Below are positions 48,333 through 58,146 of a DNA stretch of 64,000 nucleotides, one piece after another. The position numbers were made by a program, and so were the translations under genes. Location: NCBI GenBank assembly GCA_964538435.1, contig CAZIDX010000003.1:15948-79947 (forward strand). The letters run 5' to 3'. The notes beneath the pieces are model-generated. The model was not told the DNA's origin and did not search any database. It saw nothing but the letters and a program-made list of their open reading frames with translations. Each line of letters begins with the position of its first letter. The stretch's first letter is position 1. Origin of the DNA: an uncultured Gammaproteobacteria bacterium (GTDB lineage: Bacteria; Patescibacteriota; Patescibacteriia; UBA9934; GWF2-40-263).

Positions 48333-51099
48333 GAAAAAAGCACAAACAAAAAAGAAAACTACGCGTCGCAAAAAACCTGCGATCATTCCTTCAATTACTT
48401 CGCAAACTCAGGGGTCTCAGCTCAAACGAGCTCTTTCGCGCCACAAAACACGCAAAGTAAAAACAGACCTGTTTGATCACGCCCTTCCTGTAAGCGCTCA
48501 ATTCACAGGCGTGATGAATGCACATCACCTGCACGCACAACCAGACATCCAGCACGCCAGCGAGCATGCCTTGTCTCCGTTTGTGCTCTCTCTTAAACCC
48601 CACCACTTCATTGCCCCAACCAAACTTCTTGAAGAAGAATGGACATCTTATCGCGTAAATCTCCTCCACGGGCATGTTGGATCTCCTGCTCAAGCTGAAA
48701 CCTATTCCCCAACACCATTTTCACAAACTGACCCCCTCTCAGACCTCGCTCTCTCACCAGAAGAAATGCGAGATCAACTCACTCAAGAACTTGTCCGAGA
48801 AAACGGGTGGACACGCCTTTCACTTCCAATCCAGAAAGCACGCCCTCTCAAACAAACAGCAACTCTTGCAACATCCACATTCTTCCTTCCAGAAGACTCC
48901 AAACATTTTGAAACATTCTCTTCAGAAAACTTTGTTCCTTCTCAAATTCCAGAAGACATTTTTGCTTACTTTGACCTACCAGAAGAAGAGGAAGCTCTGC
49001 CTGAATCAGAAGTAATAACGCTCGACACACTCGAACATGAACTACTCGAATTCGATGATGAAGACTACTTGGATGAAACCCCTGGAAAACGTTTTGTCAT
49101 AAACTGGAAAGCTCTCCTTATCCTTCCAGGTGGATGGCAACGAACCCTGGTGAGCTTTGTGCTTCTTTCTTTTGCTATTGTTCTCCCCTTGCATGCCATG
49201 AATGTTGTTCAAGAACTCCGCGAAACAAAAACAGAGCTCGAAGTCACCGGACAAGCTGCTGTTTCCCTACTCTCAAGTGGAGCAGATGCGGCTCTTGATA
49301 GAAACACAGCCGTAGCCGCAGCATCGTTCAGTAAAGCCGGAGCAGAATTTGATTCAGCCTCACAAACCATCAATGACCTTGGGATCGGCGCAGCAACAAT
49401 CCTCTCCGCGCTCCCTGTCGCAGGTGATGACTTTCGCACAGGAAAAGCCCTCATCACAGCCGGAGAAGAACTTGCGATTGCAGGTCAGCGTATTGCAGAA
49501 GGAATGCAAGCAGCAGAAAACGAACTTGACCCAACCCCAACATCCAGGTTGGCAATCCTAAACATTTACCTTGAATCAGCGCTCCCTCACCTGATGACCG
49601 CAAAGGAAGCTGTAGAAAAAATCGATGGAGCCATTCTCCCAACAGCGTACCAGGAGACCTTTGACACGCTCCAAACACAACTTCCAAACCTCATCACATC
49701 TGTTGAAGATTTTCTTTCTTTCTATGAAGTCATCAACATTGTACTCGGAGGTGACGGCGTCATGCGTTATCTGCTTATTTTCCAAAACAACACTGAGATC
49801 CGACCAACAGGAGGCTTTATCGGAAGCTTTGCTGAGCTGAAAATCAGAAATGGTGAAATTGAAGAAATGACCGTGCCTGGCGGCGGATCATACGACCTAC
49901 AAGGATCAATGCGCACAACATTTGCAGCCCCAGAGCCGCTTCAAATCCTCAAATCAAAATGGGAGTTCCAAGACGGAAACTGGTTCCCTGACTTCCCAAC
50001 ATCCGCTCGCCAGCTCCTTCAGTTCTACGAAAACGCCGGAGGCCCAACAGTCGACGGAGTCATTGCTGTAAACGCAACCTATGTCGCAGAACTGATCGGA
50101 CTTCTGGGATCCATTCAAATGCCAGAATACAACCGCATTATTGACGAAGAAAATTTCATCTTCGAAGCGCAACGCATTGTAGAGATTGAATACGACAAAG
50201 AAGAAAACAAACCAAAAGCCTTTATCGGCGACCTGGCTCCCCTGCTCCTAGAAAAGGCTCTTGAAAAAACTTCAGAAGATTTTCTAGATGTGCTCTCCTT
50301 TGCCGAGCAAGGCATGCTTGGAAAAGATGTGCAGCTCTATTTCAATAACGACGAGATCCAACGAAAAGTCCTAGAACGAGGCTGGGGTGGTTCTGTTATT
50401 CAAACAGACGGAGACTATCTCATGGTGGTTGATACCAATCTTGGAGGAGGAAAAACCGATGGTGTCATCGAGGAAGACGTGAACCTTGATGTAACAATTG
50501 CTAATGACGGTTCTATTACAAACACTGTCACCATCACACGCACACACCATGGAATCCAAGGACTGCTCTTCACAGGTGTAAACAACGTAGATTACTTGCG
50601 TATCTATGTCCCTAAGGGGAGCGAGCTTCTTGAAGCCAACGGCTTCACTGTGCCAGATGAGACACTGTTTGACCGACCAGAAGAAGGTTGGACCATAGAC
50701 GATGACTTGATCTACGCCGCACTCTCCCAAGAGACAGACCCAGCCACCGGAACAAAAATCACACAAGAACATGGGAAGACCGTGTTTGGAAACTGGGTGC
50801 AAACAAAACCAGGCTCAAGCTCAACCATCACATTCACATACAAGCTTCCATTCACACTAAGCATGCTAAGCAGTGAGCCAACACTCATAGACAAAATCCA
50901 AGATCTCGTTGGCATCCCAGAAACAGACCAGTACTCACTGACCGTGCAAAAACAATCTGGAATCCTTGACCGAACAACAACAGTCAACTTTTCCGCACCT
51001 GATGCAATCAACCAAATCTGGACCTCTCACAAAGACGAAATCACATTTACAAACGCAACCGACGGTTTCTTTGCAACACTCTTTGAAGAGCAGCCGTAA
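48325..51099 (+). CDS. DUF4012-domain membrane protein (start uncertain)
   Basis: YLLIFQNNTEIRPTGGFIGS, DGNWFPDFPTSA, VDTNLGGGKTD, YLRIYVPKGS. Confidence 0.85.
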   Translation: MPKKKAQTKKKTTRRKKPAIIPSITSQTQGSQLKRALSRHKTRKVKTDLFDHALPVSAQFTGVMNAHHLHAQPDIQHASEHALSPFVLSLKPHHFIAPTKLLEEEWTSYRVNLLHGHVGSPAQAETYSPTPFSQTDPLSDLALSPEEMRDQLTQELVRENGWTRLSLPIQKARPLKQTATLATSTFFLPEDSKHFETFSSENFVPSQIPEDIFAYFDLPEEEEALPESEVITLDTLEHELLEFDDEDYLDETPGKRFVINWKALLILPGGWQRTLVSFVLLSFAIVLPLHAMNVVQELRETKTELEVTGQAAVSLLSSGADAALDRNTAVAAASFSKAGAEFDSASQTINDLGIGAATILSALPVAGDDFRTGKALITAGEELAIAGQRIAEGMQAAENELDPTPTSRLAILNIYLESALPHLMTAKEAVEKIDGAILPTAYQETFDTLQTQLPNLITSVEDFLSFYEVINIVLGGDGVMRYLLIFQNNTEIRPTGGFIGSFAELKIRNGEIEEMTVPGGGSYDLQGSMRTTFAAPEPLQILKSKWEFQDGNWFPDFPTSARQLLQFYENAGGPTVDGVIAVNATYVAELIGLLGSIQMPEYNRIIDEENFIFEAQRIVEIEYDKEENKPKAFIGDLAPLLLEKALEKTSEDFLDVLSFAEQGMLGKDVQLYFNNDEIQRKVLERGWGGSVIQTDGDYLMVVDTNLGGGKTDGVIEEDVNLDVTIANDGSITNTVTITRTHHGIQGLLFTGVNNVDYLRIYVPKGSELLEANGFTVPDETLFDRPEEGWTIDDDLIYAALSQETDPATGTKITQEHGKTVFGNWVQTKPGSSSTITFTYKLPFTLSMLSSEPTLIDKIQDLVGIPETDQYSLTVQKQSGILDRTTTVNFSAPDAINQIWTSHKDEITFTNATDGFFATLFEEQP

Positions 51100-51102
51100 T
51101 GT

Positions 51103-52944
51103 ATGAATAAAAAAACAACATCAAAAAAACGGAGGAACAAGCGTGAGATCAAAAAAGAACTTAGGTCCATCTACGTTGGCGCTGATGGAAAAATGCCAGA
51201 CCTAAGCACCCTCACGCGAGATACTTCAGGATTGACTCGAACACTTCTTAAAGTCGTTGTTTTTTTGTTTGCCATCTCAGCGCTCGCCTGGGCAGGATTC
51301 TTTTTATTCACAAACGGATTATTCCAAGACAACGAATCTCTCACCCTCACGATTGACGGTCCTCAAACAGCTGTATCTGGAGAAGAAGTAAGCTACACCA
51401 TCCGCTACGAAAACACAGGCAATGTCCCAGTCGCAGCCCTAAGCGCAAAGCTCAACTTCCCATCCACCTTCCACATCTACTCAACTATCCCAGAAACAAC
51501 ATCTGGCGAAGACGAGTGGACAATTGGATCCGTCACACCTGGTTCAGACGGAGCAATCACAGTAAACGGCGTCTTCCTCTCAGAAGTTCCAAGCTCCCAG
51601 CGCATTCAAGCACTGTTCAACTACAAACCAGCAAACTTTTCATCTGAATTTCAAGACCTGGTATCACAAAAAGTCGACATTGATGACTCAGTGGTTGCCC
51701 TGTCACTCTCTGGCCCAGAAAAAGCGTTGGCTGGAGACGAGGCAGAGTACATTATTAATTTGCAAAACATGAGCACTGACCCGGTTTACAACCTGCGCGT
51801 CACACCTGCTCTACCAATTGATTTTTCACTCACCACAACAGATCCAGAAATCCTAGAAGGAGAATCCTACTGGACAGTAGACGTTCTTGAACCAGGCGAA
51901 CTCAAAGCGCTCAACATGAACGGCACCTACACCTCCACAGCATCTGGTGAGCAAACCGTTTCAGCATCCGTTGGCTTTGTTGATGAAAGTCTGGTACTCA
52001 CACAAAGCTCAGAGAATGTTCTCACAGACATCCTCGGCGGTAGTGTAGGTTTTAGCCTGATTGTAAACGGATCAGCCTCAGACCAAACCGCAGAGGTCGG
52101 ACAAATCCTCCGCCTCTCAATTGACTACGAAAACAACTCAGACCAAAGCATAAAAGACCTAAGCTTTGAACTTTCCATCACAGGTGACGGCGACCTCCCA
52201 ATCGACTGGGAGAACGCAAGCATGAGCGATGGTCTGCTCTCAGGCAGCACCCTCACTTACAACTCAACAACCCACGAAGAACTTGCAGAACTCGCACCAA
52301 CAGACGAAGGTGTCATCGATTTAAGTCTGCCAGTTTTTGACTCACTTACAGAAAACGCAACTGATTCATTCACCATCAATCTAAAAGCTGTACTCTCTGA
52401 AGTCGCAGGTATCTCAAGCGTTCGAGAGATTGATGTCACACCAATTGTCGTAAGTCTCAACTCAGACACAAGTGTTGGCGCACATGCCCGCTACTTCTCA
52501 ACCGGAGGAACCTCAATTGGAACAGGCCCTCTCCCCCCAGTCGTTGGAGAAACAACAAGCTTCCGTGTGTATTGGAACATCAACAATGCTCTGCACGCAC
52601 TCGACGATATCGAACTCATGACAACACTCCCACAAGATGTGACCTGGCTTGAAAATGCAGACAAAGACATCGGAGACATCACCTACGATGCAACAACAAG
52701 ACAGGTGACCTGGACCGTATCAAAACTTCCTACCGATGTTGAAAGTGCTGGAGCCTGGTATGAAATCGCCGTAAACCCTGCCGAGCACGATGTGGGAACA
52801 TTCATGAAGCTAACAAACACCACAAGCTTCACAGCAACAGACACAGTCACAAACACAGAACTCTCAGACACCCTCGACATCCTCACAACAGAGCTCTCTA
52901 ACGATGACTTCGCCGCCGGTCTAGGGGTCGTGATGGAGGAATGA
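51103..52944 (+). CDS. TM-anchored multi-Ig-like (DUF11-like) protein
   Basis: GPQTAVSGEEVSYTIRYENTG, GPLPPVVGETT. Confidence 0.8.
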   Translation: MNKKTTSKKRRNKREIKKELRSIYVGADGKMPDLSTLTRDTSGLTRTLLKVVVFLFAISALAWAGFFLFTNGLFQDNESLTLTIDGPQTAVSGEEVSYTIRYENTGNVPVAALSAKLNFPSTFHIYSTIPETTSGEDEWTIGSVTPGSDGAITVNGVFLSEVPSSQRIQALFNYKPANFSSEFQDLVSQKVDIDDSVVALSLSGPEKALAGDEAEYIINLQNMSTDPVYNLRVTPALPIDFSLTTTDPEILEGESYWTVDVLEPGELKALNMNGTYTSTASGEQTVSASVGFVDESLVLTQSSENVLTDILGGSVGFSLIVNGSASDQTAEVGQILRLSIDYENNSDQSIKDLSFELSITGDGDLPIDWENASMSDGLLSGSTLTYNSTTHEELAELAPTDEGVIDLSLPVFDSLTENATDSFTINLKAVLSEVAGISSVREIDVTPIVVSLNSDTSVGAHARYFSTGGTSIGTGPLPPVVGETTSFRVYWNINNALHALDDIELMTTLPQDVTWLENADKDIGDITYDATTRQVTWTVSKLPTDVESAGAWYEIAVNPAEHDVGTFMKLTNTTSFTATDTVTNTELSDTLDILTTELSNDDFAAGLGVVMEE

Positions 52945-52947
52945 TGT

Positions 52948-53796
52948 ATGAACGACTCAAAAATGGAACAATTTTACGAAGAGTTTGCAGAAGAACACAC
53001 AGACGAAGAACTTTATTGGAAAGAAAACCCTCAACCTGGAGGTTACCTCATGCCCCTTAGGGCAAAAACATTGTTAAAAAAAATCGAAGCCTCTATTCAG
53101 TCCCCTAATGACTCCATTGTTGATTTTGGATGTGGGGACGGTATCTTGTTAAAAAAAATCACAAAACCCTGCAAAAAGTTTGGTGTTGATATTTGTGACA
53201 CACATATCCAAAGAGCACAAAACAATATCCCAAATGGAACGTTCAAAAAAATCGCTCCTGAATCACAAACGCCGTTTAAAACAAACTTGTTTGATGTTAC
53301 AGTTTCATCAGAGGTGATCGAACATGTAAAAAATCCAAAACAATTTATTCAAGAACTTGTTCGAATCACGAAACCAGGAGGAACAATCATTGTCACAACC
53401 CCTTCAAAATTTGGCTTCCGTCCAGGCTCACTTACCTGGAAATGGAACATCATGGTGTGTGTTAATCGATTCTTTGACTGGGTTCCTTACAAACTTAAAA
53501 CACTGATTAAAGGAAAAAGTATTTCAGAAGGAGTAGCAAAGGAATTTACAAACCATCACCACCTGCACATTTTTAGCGCAAGAAACCTTCGTAACTTTTT
53601 TCCAAAAAAAACTGTGACAAAAAGCCAGCTTTCAACATGCGGACTATACCTACCACCAATGAAAATCTGGAGTAGGCTAACCTATCATATTCCTTTGATA
53701 AAGAAACTGTACACATTGATGGATATCATGATCGGAAAAATCCCCTTCCTCAAACAGATCAATTGCACTCTCATACTGGTAGTAAAGAAAAAATAG
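52948..53796 (+). CDS. Class I SAM-dependent methyltransferase
   Basis: VDFGCGDG, FDVTVSSEVIEHV, RITKPGG...TTP. Confidence 0.9.
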   Translation: MNDSKMEQFYEEFAEEHTDEELYWKENPQPGGYLMPLRAKTLLKKIEASIQSPNDSIVDFGCGDGILLKKITKPCKKFGVDICDTHIQRAQNNIPNGTFKKIAPESQTPFKTNLFDVTVSSEVIEHVKNPKQFIQELVRITKPGGTIIVTTPSKFGFRPGSLTWKWNIMVCVNRFFDWVPYKLKTLIKGKSISEGVAKEFTNHHHLHIFSARNLRNFFPKKTVTKSQLSTCGLYLPPMKIWSRLTYHIPLIKKLYTLMDIMIGKIPFLKQINCTLILVVKKK

Positions 53797-53835
53797 AAAC
53801 GAAAAAACCACTGATCAATATGATCGGTGGTTTTA

Positions 53836-54605
53836 AAAAGCAAGAGTCCCCACCCGACCGAAGTCAGATGGGGACCGTTCTCGCAACCTGTCTCCTGCCC
53901 CTACATGACTTGCAGGGCTTCAGCCGGCGGCGATCACGTCGCACACATCGGCGGCCCGAGGTGGGGCCAGAAGTATCAGATGTTGAGGGATGGGGGCTCG
54001 TACTCTTGTCCCCCTCAAAACGCAGCTGATTTTGGGCGCGCTCAGCCGAGCGCACAGCGTTCGAAGAACCAACATGGCTTTGGCATCGGACCTCGCAGGC
54101 GTCGTTGGGGGAGCGGGGCGGAGGAAGGGCACGGTCACCTTCCCCTCACCCCTGGTTGGAGGGACAGTCCATTTCGCAGCGCAGCAGCGCTCCCGGCCTC
54201 CCATGATCACACACCAGGAAGAAGCAGAAGGCGGGCCAGCGCTGAAGAGCTCGGTCGGCGGCGAAGCGTAGCAGGCAGGCCAAGGTCGGCCTCCTCTCGC
54301 TCCGGCGCGGGGCACGGCAACCAGTCGGAATCCCTTTCGGGCCACAACAGTTGGCGTGAGTAGCACATGCAGCTCTCGCAGCCAGACGGCAACATCGCCG
54401 ACGGCCACGCTCAGCAGCCTGCATGCACCCAGATCTCGGCGCGGCTTAGGACTGTTTTGCTGGGTCTCCGTGACTCCCAGCTGACATGAACGCAAGGCAT
54501 CTCGACGGCGACCAGGGAGGCCGCATCAGCGCCGAACCATGCGTCTTGCACCCAACCGTGTGGCCCATGGCAATGCCAAAAGGCGAAGCAGAGGTTGACG
54601 AGCAA
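53836..54605 (-). ncRNA. Candidate large structured ncRNA (~770 nt), family unknown
   Basis: Promoter at 54612..54640; terminator GTCCCCATCTGAC-TTCG-GTCGGGTGGGGAC-TCTTGCTTTTT; dense helices; ORFs look spurious. Confidence 0.55.
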
Positions 54606-54611
54606 GGATGC

Positions 54612-54640
54612 AAGGTATCACATTTGGGTGTTTTTGTCAA
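54612..54640 (-). promoter_or_regulatory. sigma70 promoter facing a non-coding unit
   Basis: TTGACA-N17-TACCTT with extended TG. Confidence 0.7.
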
Positions 54641-54700
54641 CCCACTCACCTCAAAAACACCTATTTTCGACAAAAAAACGACATTTTACCAACCCTTACT

Positions 54701-54816
54701 GAGCGAAGCTGTGGTATTGCATGAGAATATGTGAGGTGGTGGTCGTCTATCCTTCGAGACGGCCCGGCTCCGCCGAACATATTCTCATGCAATACCATAG
54801 CGAGCGTATTAGAAAA
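54701..54816 (+). repeat. Hairpin element copy G
   Basis: GAGCGAAGCTGTGGTATTGCATGAGAATATGT-core-ACATATTCTCATGCAATACCATAGCGAGCGTATTAGAAAA. Confidence 0.9.
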
Positions 54817-54846
54817 TCCCGAACATCTGTTCGGGACTCGTACCTT

Positions 54847-55317
54847 CTAAGCGTTGATGTCTGTCTGCATCCGAGGCCGCTTGAGAAAACCCTTCAACCT
54901 CTCGAAACCCTCCTTGGTGCTCACAGCGATCTTGATCGCATCACCAGCCGGAGTCAGCTCATCGATCAGAACCTGCTCACCACCTGGCACCACGACCAGC
55001 AGCTTGGAGCTGTCGACACGCTCGAGCATGTCAGCGACCACACGGACCATCTGGGCATCCGTCACCAGCACCATGAGCACGTCAGCAACCCCCAGCGCCA
55101 GATCCGGCAGCAGCACCAGCTCATCCGGGATCACCGGGGTGATGACATGGTTGGGGGTCGTGAGTTCGAACCGCTTGGCCGACAGAACCACCTCGGCCTG
55201 CCACCCCTGACTCACGATCGCGAGAACATGACGCGCACCACACACATCGAGCATGTAGTGATCGGGATACTCGTTGCTGCAACCAGGGAAACCACAGCAC
55301 TGCATTCGCATCGACAT
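54847..55317 (-). CDS. Hypothetical protein (GC-rich unit), N-terminal Cys/His cluster
   Basis: SD AAAGGAGG; promoter TTGACA-N17-TAGGGT at 55351..55379. Confidence 0.65.
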   Translation of the reverse strand: MSMRMQCCGFPGCSNEYPDHYMLDVCGARHVLAIVSQGWQAEVVLSAKRFELTTPNHVITPVIPDELVLLPDLALGVADVLMVLVTDAQMVRVVADMLERVDSSKLLVVVPGGEQVLIDELTPAGDAIKIAVSTKEGFERLKGFLKRPRMQTDINA

Positions 55318-55412
55318 GAGAACCTCCTTTCTCGTCTCGTGAAGAAATACACCCTACCCAAAAAAGCATCAATTGTCAACCCAAACCAAAAACCACCGAA
55401 AGTCTCGATGGT

Positions 55413-56336
55413 TTAAACGGATCGCCTAACTTTTCTCGCCAGCTCATACAATCGATATCGAAGCGGCTTCAAAATCACATCAAATGTCCCCGCGCTCTCC
55501 ACATCCTCCCCACCAAACCCTCGCTTAAATCTACTTATTCCTTCCCAGGGATGATTCTCTGCGTTTGCTGGCGCAACCCCCCACCAATCGTACCACTGAA
55601 AACCTTTCTCCCTGGCGTCTTGTATAAGCCTCCAGTGCAACAGACTCGGAGCCATCAATTTTCGATATTCATGATCGCTTGCTCCATGTACATACGTACG
55701 CGTATCCCCAAAGTCATTCATAACCGTAGCAGCAACAGCCCTACCCTGAACAAACGCAGCTGCCAAAAACATCTTGCAGTCGCCATCTTTCAAAGAAGAC
55801 AACTGCTTCTCATAATACTTTTTCGAGTGAAGTTTAAACCCACCCCGAGCTCCAGTTTTCTCAAAAAGCCCCCACACATCATCAAGCTCAACCCCCTCAA
55901 TCCTAACCTCCACCTCCTTGCGCTCAGCAAGACGAATGTTATAACGCGTCTTATGATGCATTCCGGAAAGCAAATCTTCCTCACTCTTTGAAAGATCCAA
56001 AATACTTGTCACAGCTGGCTGAAGCTCAATGCTCTTCTTTGCCTCCACCTCAAGCTCTTCAGGCTCAATCCGAGCAAACATTGCCTCTCCACCAATCTCC
56101 CCCATCTTCCCAATCGGCCCTTTTGGTGCTGACCAATACTCACCAAACATCGGCACCTGCTTTCTAATCCAAAGCGTTTGCCCAATCACCTTACCCTCAT
56201 GTTCTACTCGCTGCCTCTCAATCTTCTCACCAAGAACCTTCTGGAACCCCCCCCACTCCCAAGATTGTAAAAACCGACCCGATCGCGGGCCGTTTTCCAA
56301 AACAAAACTATTCCAATCTTTTCTGTTCATAATCAT
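55413..56336 (-). CDS. FemABX-family lipid II peptidyl transferase
   Basis: FLQSWEWG, MHHKTRYNIRLA, YVHGAS, YDWWGV, GISRFKRGFGG. Confidence 0.92.
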   Translation of the reverse strand: MIMNRKDWNSFVLENGPRSGRFLQSWEWGGFQKVLGEKIERQRVEHEGKVIGQTLWIRKQVPMFGEYWSAPKGPIGKMGEIGGEAMFARIEPEELEVEAKKSIELQPAVTSILDLSKSEEDLLSGMHHKTRYNIRLAERKEVEVRIEGVELDDVWGLFEKTGARGGFKLHSKKYYEKQLSSLKDGDCKMFLAAAFVQGRAVAATVMNDFGDTRTYVHGASDHEYRKLMAPSLLHWRLIQDAREKGFQWYDWWGVAPANAENHPWEGISRFKRGFGGEDVESAGTFDVILKPLRYRLYELARKVRRSV

Positions 56337-56878
56337 TTCACCATCCCCCTAAGAGCCGAGCGAATCCTTTCATCAGTAGTGTCTCCTTGAGCCGCAGCAA
56401 TCGCAGCCTCTGCATCCCGCTTTTTATACCCAAGCCCAACAAGTGCGTCAACAGCGTCTGTGTCAAACGACTCCACTGGTTCATCATCCGCAAGAACACC
56501 CTTTAGTTCCAAAACGATTTTCTGTGCTGTCTTCTTTCCAACCCCAGACACATTTGTAAGAGCACTAAGATCTCCTTTCATGATAGTTGACCGCACCTGA
56601 TCAACCGAATGCGAGAAAACAATCTTCTGTGCAATCTTTGGACCCACCCCTGAAATCGCAATAAGTTTCCAAAAAAGCTCAAGCTGATCAACACTTGAAA
56701 AACCAAACAGCTCGCGCTCATTATCACGAATCACCTCGTGCAGATACACTTCCACCTCACCCCGAAAATCATGAGTAGCGCTCTCAGGCAAAGAAACACG
56801 GTAGCCAATGCCTCCGTGCTTGATAATCAAATACCCATCTCCATGATAAAGAACCTCTCCCTGCAAATACGCCATCAT
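56333..56878 (-). CDS. ruvA: Holliday junction branch migration protein RuvA
   Basis: MMAYLQG, GIGYRV, LFGF, ISGVGPKIA, GVGKKTAQKIVLEL, ALVGLGY. Confidence 0.95.
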   Translation of the reverse strand: MMAYLQGEVLYHGDGYLIIKHGGIGYRVSLPESATHDFRGEVEVYLHEVIRDNERELFGFSSVDQLELFWKLIAISGVGPKIAQKIVFSHSVDQVRSTIMKGDLSALTNVSGVGKKTAQKIVLELKGVLADDEPVESFDTDAVDALVGLGYKKRDAEAAIAAAQGDTTDERIRSALRGMVK

Positions 56879-56879
56879 A

Positions 56880-58097
56880 CTACTCCCCCTGCTTAAATGT
56901 TTTCTTATAGTAAGCCAAGAACCTTCGCTCAATCTCCTGGTCAATTGTTTTCCCAAACTTTGGCATGTCCCCTTTGCCAATAATCCCCGAGTGAATACGC
57001 CGAAGCACTTTTCCAAACTCTGGCCCAGCCTCCATGCCAAGAAGGTCCATGAGCGCCACACCATCAAGCCCAACTGTTTTAAACACATTATTCCGTGCGC
57101 TCTTCTCTTTTTTCTCTCGATTCCGAATCTTCTCAGTCCGCATCATTGGTTCATACTGATGCTCGGACTCAAGCATGTTTACAATCGGCATAGCATCATG
57201 CCAGTACCCATGTACAGATAAAAGCTCTGATCCAAACACCGTATCAAGCAACATGCACCCCTGCATCAAATCAAGAAAATCATCACCATCCCATCCGCGC
57301 GCTCGCGCCAAGTGACGATAGCGTCGAATTCTCTCTGGCCGCACCTTAACAAAATCTTTTATAAACTCCATGTGATGCGTAATAAGATCTTCAAGTAAAT
57401 CTAAATCTCTAGCTGGCAAATCATGCGCCTGACAAAATCTCTCAAGCAATTGCTCAAACACAGGTGTATGAATCTGCCGAGCATGATGCGGATACTTCAC
57501 ATCAATCTCATACGTCATGTAAAAATCACGCTGAAGCTCGCGTGCGCCATGCCCAGGATGTTGCTCTTCAAAATCCCGATAAAGCTCTAAGTACCTCTCT
57601 CGAAGCTGTGCGCGATCCGCATGAGACTTATGCGCATACTGATTCTCCTCCATGTTAAATCCTTGCTCCTCACCCCGGGAATGCTCTCGCGACCTAAACC
57701 GAATCGTAGACCACTTTGCAATATCATGCACAAGTGTGAACACCTCATAAAGCGCGGCTTGTTCCTTAATTGTCTCTTCAAGCTCTTCAATCTCCCCCTC
57801 ATAGCCCTTGAGCCTACGGAACTCCTCAATATCAATAAGATGAACTTTCTCATCTACAATCGCATAAAGAGCCATGAGCATGCTGCGCAAATGATCGCGC
57901 ATAAAAGGACCTTCAGCATGATACCGAACATCCTGAGGAGTGCGCAGCGAATCCATAAAAAGCGGTTCAGATTGGCTCGCGCTATCAAGCATCTGCTCTG
58001 CACGCAAATACAAATCCTTATCAGCACGAATACGCTTCACCACTTGGTCAAGATACTCTGTTTCTTTTTTCTCGTGCGTTGATTCAAATCTCCACAT
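56880..58097 (-). CDS. HD-domain protein with CCA-enzyme-like C-terminal tail
   Basis: YHAEGPFMRDH...LVHDIAK...YPHHA...THHM...; DGVALMDLLGMEAGPEFGKVL. Confidence 0.7.
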   Translation of the reverse strand: MWRFESTHEKKETEYLDQVVKRIRADKDLYLRAEQMLDSASQSEPLFMDSLRTPQDVRYHAEGPFMRDHLRSMLMALYAIVDEKVHLIDIEEFRRLKGYEGEIEELEETIKEQAALYEVFTLVHDIAKWSTIRFRSREHSRGEEQGFNMEENQYAHKSHADRAQLRERYLELYRDFEEQHPGHGARELQRDFYMTYEIDVKYPHHARQIHTPVFEQLLERFCQAHDLPARDLDLLEDLITHHMEFIKDFVKVRPERIRRYRHLARARGWDGDDFLDLMQGCMLLDTVFGSELLSVHGYWHDAMPIVNMLESEHQYEPMMRTEKIRNREKKEKSARNNVFKTVGLDGVALMDLLGMEAGPEFGKVLRRIHSGIIGKGDMPKFGKTIDQEIERRFLAYYKKTFKQGE

Positions 58098-58146
58098 ATC
58101 ACCTTCTATTCTACGCCAAACCAAAAAGAGCTCCAAGTGAGCTCCC

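Noticed and set aside
53827-54495. 178-aa and 191-aa ORFs in the GC-rich region
   Set aside because: No SD, non-ATG starts, and Arg/Pro/Ala/Cys-rich composition typical of spurious GC-rich frames. Not formally excluded.
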